Shown piece after piece: positions 58,538 through 64,000 of a stretch of 64,000 bases of DNA (within the stretch, counting starts at the first letter, position 1; each line of letters opens with the position of its first letter). The stretch covers positions 64,248-128,247 of the forward strand of contig CAZMHV010000004.1 in NCBI GenBank assembly GCA_964566225.1, written 5' to 3'. Below the pieces are notes generated by a model that was not told where the DNA came from, made no database searches, and saw nothing but the letters and a program-made list of their open reading frames with translations. The translations under genes and the position numbers were made by a program. Source of the stretch: an uncultured Gammaproteobacteria bacterium. GTDB lineage: Bacteria > Patescibacteriota > Patescibacteriia > Magasanikbacterales > UBA922.

Positions 58538-58981
58538 TTAAAATAGTGGCTTCCAAGGATATTTTTTTTCAAAACTTTTTTTGTCGTTGAATGGAACAAA
58601 TTTTTTTTCTTTTTGGTATTTGCTGCCTTTGAATCCAGGCTTGTTTTCGTGCATAATTCCACACCAATACTGTTCGGTGCGGCCTGCGATTTCTTTGATG
58701 TACAGGAGAACTCCATTGCCATAACCACAATACATGCAGCCAAGCTTTTCAAATGGATTTAAGTATTGAAGTCTGTTGCGATCAAGTACATTGATATAAT
58801 CACTTCTTTTTACTTTTTTAATATTATAGAGCGGAAAACAAATTTGTTGGTATATTTCACACACAATATCGAGCAACAAAAAAAAGGGGAGTGGTGCCCA
58901 AATAAATGGCGTAGAAATAAAATGAAGAAAAAATCTTTTATCTCGATGTTTTCTGTATTCCATAGTGTATGTATCGTACAA
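58538..58981 (-). CDS. Hypothetical protein with an N-terminal TM helix and a CMYCGYG…WCG Cys cluster.
   Basis: ORF only. Confidence 0.35.
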   Translation of the reverse strand: MYDTYTMEYRKHRDKRFFLHFISTPFIWAPLPFFLLLDIVCEIYQQICFPLYNIKKVKRSDYINVLDRNRLQYLNPFEKLGCMYCGYGNGVLLYIKEIAGRTEQYWCGIMHENKPGFKGSKYQKEKKFVPFNDKKSFEKKYPWKPLF

Positions 58982-58999
58982 ATGTGTTACTATAATACA

Positions 59000-60328
59000 C
59001 TATTTTGCTTCGTTTGATAATGGTTCAAGCTCACTATTCCAATCTTTTTGCAAAAATGATTCACCAACAAATTGACAAAGCAATTGTGCCGTTTGTGCGG
59101 CATTGCCAAGGCAGGTAGAAGCTCCTGGTGAAGGAGTAATGTTGAACACAATATTTTCACCCACAATTTCTGCTTCACCCATTTCCATTTTCATGGTTTG
59201 CGTGTTGACGACTTGTGGGCGAATGCCGCCGTATTTGCGAGCAGGGCGAATGTGAGCGTATTTGAGGCTCGGAATAATTTTTTTCGCATCTTGTAAAAAG
59301 AAGTATCTCCCGAGCAGGGGAATATCAAATAACAAATTTTTAAGCACGTACAAAAAGAGTGTTGGGTCAGAAATAATTTTAAATAAACTGGCTACGCCAC
59401 GCACACTCCAAGCCGATGTTTTGAGAAACGGAAGAAATGTTTTGTTGTTGTGTCGTTCGAGGAGCGGGAGAACTTTGGCCGTGGGACCAAAACGAATGAG
59501 AGATGAGTCACGAATTTCTGGGTCTCCATGAATAGCCGCAAACGGGAGTTTGGGTTCTTGCATAGTATACACTTTGCCACGGAGTAAATTTTTTCTGGTC
59601 GAAAAATAAAAACTTCCAGCCACAGGCAAAATCCCCAAGTGCTTGCCATACCCAAGTTCTTTGGCAAACCATAAACTGTGCGGGCCTGTCATTACGGCCA
59701 CGGCTTTGGCTTCAATATTTCCTCGAGAAGTTTGTACGGTAAATCCTGTTTCAGTTTTTTGAATATGAGAAACTGTGGTGCGGGTGAACGATTGAAAGTG
59801 TTCATCGGTTTTGGTTTTTTGAACAAACGATTGTGAAAGGCGGTGAAAGTCAACCGTATACCCAGTAGTAGCAATGGCACGCACGGGCTGTGTGCGTCCT
59901 ACAATCAGATTTGGTTCCAACTCTGCAATTTCGTCGCGACTGAGCAGTTTCATTTCAGGGAACAATTGTTTAAATGTTTCAAAACGTTTTTCAAGCTCGG
60001 CAATTTCGTGGTCGCCTACGGCCAAGAGCATTTTGGGTCCTTTTTTGTATATGGGACTTCGTTTTATTTTTTCTAGGTAGGCAATAAGATACGAAGTGTT
60101 TTTTTTCACTTCCGTTGCTTTTTTGAGACTGTAGTTGGATTCAATATCTCCTACATGCAAGGTTTGGCTATTGTTGGTGGAGTGAGAATTCACCAGGCCA
60201 AAGTCTTTTTCTTTTTCAATCAAAACAACATTTTGCACCGAAGTAAAATGTTTGAGTACATAAAAAAGCGAAGTTCCTGCGACCCCGCCTCCAATGATAA
60301 CGATGTCAGTCTTTGTGGGGAGGCTCAT
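59000..60328 (-). CDS. FAD-dependent oxidoreductase. It is possibly like malate:quinone oxidoreductase or L-2-hydroxyglutarate oxidase.
   Basis: N-terminal dinucleotide-binding motif DIVIIGGGVAGTS. Length is 442 aa. Confidence 0.5.
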   Translation of the reverse strand: MSLPTKTDIVIIGGGVAGTSLFYVLKHFTSVQNVVLIEKEKDFGLVNSHSTNNSQTLHVGDIESNYSLKKATEVKKNTSYLIAYLEKIKRSPIYKKGPKMLLAVGDHEIAELEKRFETFKQLFPEMKLLSRDEIAELEPNLIVGRTQPVRAIATTGYTVDFHRLSQSFVQKTKTDEHFQSFTRTTVSHIQKTETGFTVQTSRGNIEAKAVAVMTGPHSLWFAKELGYGKHLGILPVAGSFYFSTRKNLLRGKVYTMQEPKLPFAAIHGDPEIRDSSLIRFGPTAKVLPLLERHNNKTFLPFLKTSAWSVRGVASLFKIISDPTLFLYVLKNLLFDIPLLGRYFFLQDAKKIIPSLKYAHIRPARKYGGIRPQVVNTQTMKMEMGEAEIVGENIVFNITPSPGASTCLGNAAQTAQLLCQFVGESFLQKDWNSELEPLSNEAK

Positions 60329-60678
60329 ATTTTTTGTTTTTCATGTTGTAAATATCGTTTTCCGTAGTGTGCCATGGCAGTGAGTATTTCTTGTAATTTT
60401 TCGCCTTTTTTTGATAAAAAATACAGTGAGTCTTTGTGTTCAACCAACCCTATTTTTTGGAGCCGTTTGAGTTTTGTGGTCAGGGTTCGTGTGCTAATTT
60501 CTTCAAGAGAACGTTCCAATTCGCAAAACCGTTTTTTGTTATCCAACAAATCTCGAACAATAAGAATAGTCCATCGGTCAGAGAGGAGTTGCGCTACCCG
60601 TTCAATTGGGCAAGAAATTTTGTCGAGGGATTTCTTTTTCATATTGTCTTTATTTGAGTATATATGAAATGCTTTCAT
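60325..60678 (-). CDS. HxlR-family transcriptional regulator.
   Basis: CPIERVAQLLSDRWTILIVRDL winged-HTH signature. It is divergent from a nitroreductase gene. Confidence 0.65.
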   Translation of the reverse strand: MKAFHIYSNKDNMKKKSLDKISCPIERVAQLLSDRWTILIVRDLLDNKKRFCELERSLEEISTRTLTTKLKRLQKIGLVEHKDSLYFLSKKGEKLQEILTAMAHYGKRYLQHEKQKI

Positions 60679-60744
60679 TTGTAAAGTACTTTACAAAGTA
60701 AAGTGAATGTGGTACAATAGGTATTATTCATTTTATTTTGATCT

Positions 60745-61374
60745 ATGCAAAATCTTCTTGATGCCATGAAGTGGCGTTATGCAACAAAACAATTTACCAA
60801 TCAAAAATTGACCAACGAACAACTTTCTTTTTTGGAAGAAATGGTTCGAATGGCTCCAAATTCTTTTGGTCTTCAGCCTTGGAAACTTGTCGTGGTTCAA
60901 AACCCAGAAATTCGTGAAAAATTAAAGGCAGTAGGGTATGGTCAGGCTCAAATTACTGACAGTAGTGCCTTGTTTGTCTTTGCGGTTGAAAAAACAATTG
61001 ATGCAAATTTTGTACAAAAATTTGTAGACAATATTATTGCTACTCGTGGTGTTACCGAAGAAATGATCGCTGGGTACAAAGACATGATGAATGGATCGGT
61101 TGCTTCAAAGAGTGAATCTCAAAAACACGAGTGGGCAGCTCGCCAAGCATACATTGCTCTTGGAACCCTCCTCACTGCTGCAGCAGTTGAATCAATTGAT
61201 GTGTGTCCAATGGAAGGATTTGATCCTGCGGCGTTTGATGAAATCCTTGGTCTTTCTGAAAAAGGACTTTCAACCGTGGTGATTGCTGCGGTTGGTTTCC
61301 GTGCACCAGAAGATGCATTTCAAACCTATGCCAAAGTTCGTCGTCCTCAAGACGAAATGATTTTGAATGTCTAA
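60745..61374 (+). CDS. NAD(P)H nitroreductase family protein.
   Basis: Nitroreductase-fold motifs (RYATKQF, …QPWKLVVV…). Typical pairing with HxlR. Confidence 0.75.
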   Translation: MQNLLDAMKWRYATKQFTNQKLTNEQLSFLEEMVRMAPNSFGLQPWKLVVVQNPEIREKLKAVGYGQAQITDSSALFVFAVEKTIDANFVQKFVDNIIATRGVTEEMIAGYKDMMNGSVASKSESQKHEWAARQAYIALGTLLTAAAVESIDVCPMEGFDPAAFDEILGLSEKGLSTVVIAAVGFRAPEDAFQTYAKVRRPQDEMILNV

Positions 61375-61447
61375 ATCAAATACAGAAACAAGAGTGGCTC
61401 ACCGCCACTCTTTTTTTCTTGAAGGAAAGACGAAAAAACTCTATACT

Positions 61448-62863
61448 ATGGGTATTATGAATCTTTCACGCGTGAGACAATTGAATCAAGGATCATTTGA
61501 AAAGGGGACGGTTGTGTACTGGATGGACCGAGATCTGCGACTTCGCGATAATTGGGCACTTTTATTTGCCGATGCTTTGGCACGGAAACACCACCAACCC
61601 CTCGTCGTGGTATATAATTTTGTGCCCAATTTTTTGGGTGGGGCAGAAAGACATGTGCGTTTTAAAATGGAGGCACTCGCTTTGTTGCAGTCTGACGCAC
61701 TTGAAAAAAACATTTCTTTCTTTGTACTGGTTGATGAATCTGGCACAGAAACTCCTAAACATATTGTAGACTTTTGTGAACAAGCAGATGCTGGTGCCCT
61801 TGTTACAGATTTTTCTCCTCTCAAAATTCAGCGAAAGTGGAAAGAGCAAATTACCAAAAAAATTAATATTCCATTTTTTGAAGTGGATGCGCACAATATT
61901 GTGCCAGCCTGGCAAGCTTCACCCAAACAAGAATTTGGTGCCTATACACTGCGGCCCAAACTGCACAAAAAACTTCCTGAATTTTTGGAAGCATTTCCTG
62001 TGCTCCAAAAACAAAAAATTTCTTTTCATAAAAAAATAAAACAACAGAGTTTAACTCCATACAAAAAAATAGCAACACAAGCGGATGATATTTTTTTGAA
62101 AGGGGGAGAAGAGGCTGCTCACACACAGCTGCGAATATTTTTGAAAGAAAAACTGTCACTCTATGCACGCGATCGCAATGATCCTCTTGCTCTTGCGCAA
62201 TCCAATCTTTCTGCGTACTTGCACTATGGCATGATAAGTGCACAGGCTGTGGTACTTGAGACTTTGCGTGTTTCCAAATTTTCTCTATCACAGGTAACAA
62301 CACCCAAAAAAAATAATGCCGCGAGTGAAATCAAAACTCCGGGACTGAAAGAAAGTGTCGCTGCGTTTTTGGAAGAGTTAATTATTCGCCGAGAACTGGC
62401 AGATAATTTTTGTTTGTACAATACAAATTACGATAGTGTAGAAGGATTTCCTGCTTGGGCCGAGAAAACACTCAATGCCCATCGCAAAGATAAACGTGAA
62501 TATGTGTATACCAAAAAACAATTTGAACAGGCTCTCACGCACGATGAACTGTGGAATGCAGCACAAAGAGAAATGGTGCGTACCGGTAAAATGCACGGGT
62601 ATATGCGTATGTACTGGGCCAAGAAAATTTTGGAGTGGACATCAAGTCCAGAAGAAGCCATGAAAATTGCCGTTTTTCTCAATGATACCTATGAGCTTGA
62701 TGGACGTGATCCAAATGGCTATGCAGGGATTGCTTGGAGCATTGGAGGGGTGCATGATCGAGCCTGGTTTGAACGACCTGTGTACGGACAAATTCGTTAC
62801 ATGGCACGCAGTGGATGTGAAAAAAAGTTTGATGTCAAAAAATATATTGAAAAATTTTCATAA
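61448..62863 (+). CDS. phr: Deoxyribodipyrimidine photolyase (class II-like).
   Basis: N-terminal VVYWMDRDLRLRDNWAL and a C-terminal FAD-binding helical domain (MHGYMRMYWAKKILEW). An alternative upstream ATG lies at 61367. Confidence 0.8.
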   Translation: MGIMNLSRVRQLNQGSFEKGTVVYWMDRDLRLRDNWALLFADALARKHHQPLVVVYNFVPNFLGGAERHVRFKMEALALLQSDALEKNISFFVLVDESGTETPKHIVDFCEQADAGALVTDFSPLKIQRKWKEQITKKINIPFFEVDAHNIVPAWQASPKQEFGAYTLRPKLHKKLPEFLEAFPVLQKQKISFHKKIKQQSLTPYKKIATQADDIFLKGGEEAAHTQLRIFLKEKLSLYARDRNDPLALAQSNLSAYLHYGMISAQAVVLETLRVSKFSLSQVTTPKKNNAASEIKTPGLKESVAAFLEELIIRRELADNFCLYNTNYDSVEGFPAWAEKTLNAHRKDKREYVYTKKQFEQALTHDELWNAAQREMVRTGKMHGYMRMYWAKKILEWTSSPEEAMKIAVFLNDTYELDGRDPNGYAGIAWSIGGVHDRAWFERPVYGQIRYMARSGCEKKFDVKKYIEKFS

Positions 62864-62897
62864 AAAAAGTACAGAGAAAATCTGTACTTTTTTGTGC
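62864..62897. terminator. Bidirectional terminator (AAAAAAAGTACAGA-GAAAAT-CTGTACTTTTTTTG).
   Basis: Perfect 7-bp stem flanked by A7 and T7. Confidence 0.65.
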
Positions 62898-62953
62898 CAC
62901 CACCACAGGCAAAATTGTCTGCGCTGGTGGCACCCTCCTTGTGCCTCCCTTGG

Positions 62954-63134
62954 TCAGTCCGGAATGCGGGACCGACCACCCTTCTGTTTCGCGCGTGGGT
63001 CTTTGCGCGGATTGGGGTTGCGAACCCCCTTCTTCCCACGGGAAAGGAGCTCTGGGTCGAAGAAGTCCTCGACCCCGGCGGTTGTTTGTTGTGCGTGATC
63101 GGGCAGCTGTCCGACCTCACGAATACTTGACATG
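62954..63134 (-). CDS. Small high-GC hypothetical basic protein (MSSIREV…KKGVRNPNPRKDPRAKQKGGRSRIPD).
   Basis: ORF inside a 250-bp high-GC patch. It shares a (K/R)xPNP(K/R)K motif with the 16353..16577 ORF. It is weak. Confidence 0.2.
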
Positions 63135-63210
63135 TTCTTCCCCACTGAAGTGAACCTCCAGTCTACATTACCCTTGAAAATATGTCAATCCAGTGATATT
63201 CTAGTGACAC

Positions 63211-64000
63211 TATGAAAGAGTTTCGAACACAATTTGAGCTGGCATTGCAGCAGTGGTTTGCCCAAAAAAGACACTCGTTACCTGCTGCGGTACAACAGGA
63301 TACTGTCTTTGGGGAACTGTTTACTGCGGTTGAAGCCCTTTCACTTTCTGGAGGCAAAAGAATTCGTCCATCACTCATGTGGCTTTTGTCAGGTTTTTCA
63401 CTTCCACTTTCTGAGCAGCAACTTCGTCCGTTTCTTGCCATGGAGTTGTTTCATGTGTTTGGCCTTATTCACGATGATATTATTGATAACGGTGAATCTC
63501 GTCGTGGTGTACCAACCACCCATGTTGTGGCAGAAAAAATTTTTGATACACACCATAAACTTGGACTTCGCAAAAAATATGGAGAATCCATGGCACTACT
63601 TATGGGAGATTTATTGTTTGCATGGGTTCATGAATTGCTGGATACTGCAGGTCTTGCCCCAGATATTTTACAGAGGGTAAAGCACATGTTTACCCGTATG
63701 AGTGAAGATGTAATGATTGGTCAACTTATTGATGTTGATATCATGAGCAGTGAAAGTACCTCGAGTGATCGTATTTTTGAAAAAATGAAATTGAAAACCG
63801 CAAGTTATACTTTTGTGTGGCCCATGCAGCTCGGACTCGCGCTTGGCAATGCAGAGGGTCTTTTGTTTGAAGAGTCCGCTGCTTGTGGCGAAGCATTGGG
63901 CATTGCGTTTCAAATTCAAGATGATATTTTGGATGCTCTTGGAGATGAAGCTTCACTCGGCAAAACACCGATGCGAGATATTACCGAAGGGCAGCATACC
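63211..64000 (+). CDS. Polyprenyl (geranylgeranyl/farnesyl) diphosphate synthase, 3'-truncated by the window edge.
   Basis: FARM (LIHDDIID) and SARM (FQIQDDILD) motifs. A TTGAAA-N17-TATTCT promoter-like element lies upstream. Confidence 0.8.

Noticed and set aside
1-64000. CRISPR arrays and rRNA genes.
   Set aside because: No regularly spaced short direct repeats and no rRNA-like conserved stretches were seen.

Overview
The window is a mosaic. The backbone is low-GC (about 30-40% GC) and gene-dense, encoding housekeeping and small-genome functions. These include FtsH, AhcY, adenosine/ribokinase-like PfkB kinases, Rpe, RpiB, TrxB, DsbA, an RlmD-like methyltransferase, a MacAB-like ABC efflux operon, a DEAD-box helicase, an ABC-F protein, endonuclease III, photolyase, nitroreductase, HxlR and TrmB regulators, and a polyprenyl synthase. 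Host-type rho-independent terminators are frequent. The backbone is consistent with a small-genome, low-GC bacterium, possibly Patescibacteria/CPR-like; this is an inference only. At least six sharply bounded high-GC (about 60-65% GC) segments with a different codon usage (strong GC3 bias) are embedded in it: 1-5.9 kb, 16.2-17.9 kb, 19.6-20.1 kb, 37.8-46.6 kb, 54.3-55.1 kb and 62.9-63.2 kb. The two largest high-GC segments each carry a MoxR/CobS-like AAA+ ATPase plus a CobT-like protein with a C-terminal vWA domain and a DxSxS MIDAS motif. In both, accessory hypothetical genes lie downstream; these are a large zinc-ribbon protein in the first, and proteins of 320 aa and 222 aa in the second, the latter internally duplicated. 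The second module (44.7-45.8 kb AAA+, 43.1-44.5 kb vWA, all on the minus strand) lies inside a 6.4 kb unit bounded by a 118-bp perfect direct repeat (39625-39742 and 46009-46126). It contains a tRNA-Arg(GCG) at 40071-40144. I regard this repeat-bounded AAA+/vWA cassette, and its paralogue at the window start, as the most likely candidate for an undescribed NTP-dependent conflict, mobile or phage-derived system. Further observations are listed below: a poly-proline-repeat PP2C phosphatase, a degenerate kinase-like protein, several large palindromes, and repeated hairpin/AT-box modules. No rRNA and no CRISPR array were seen.
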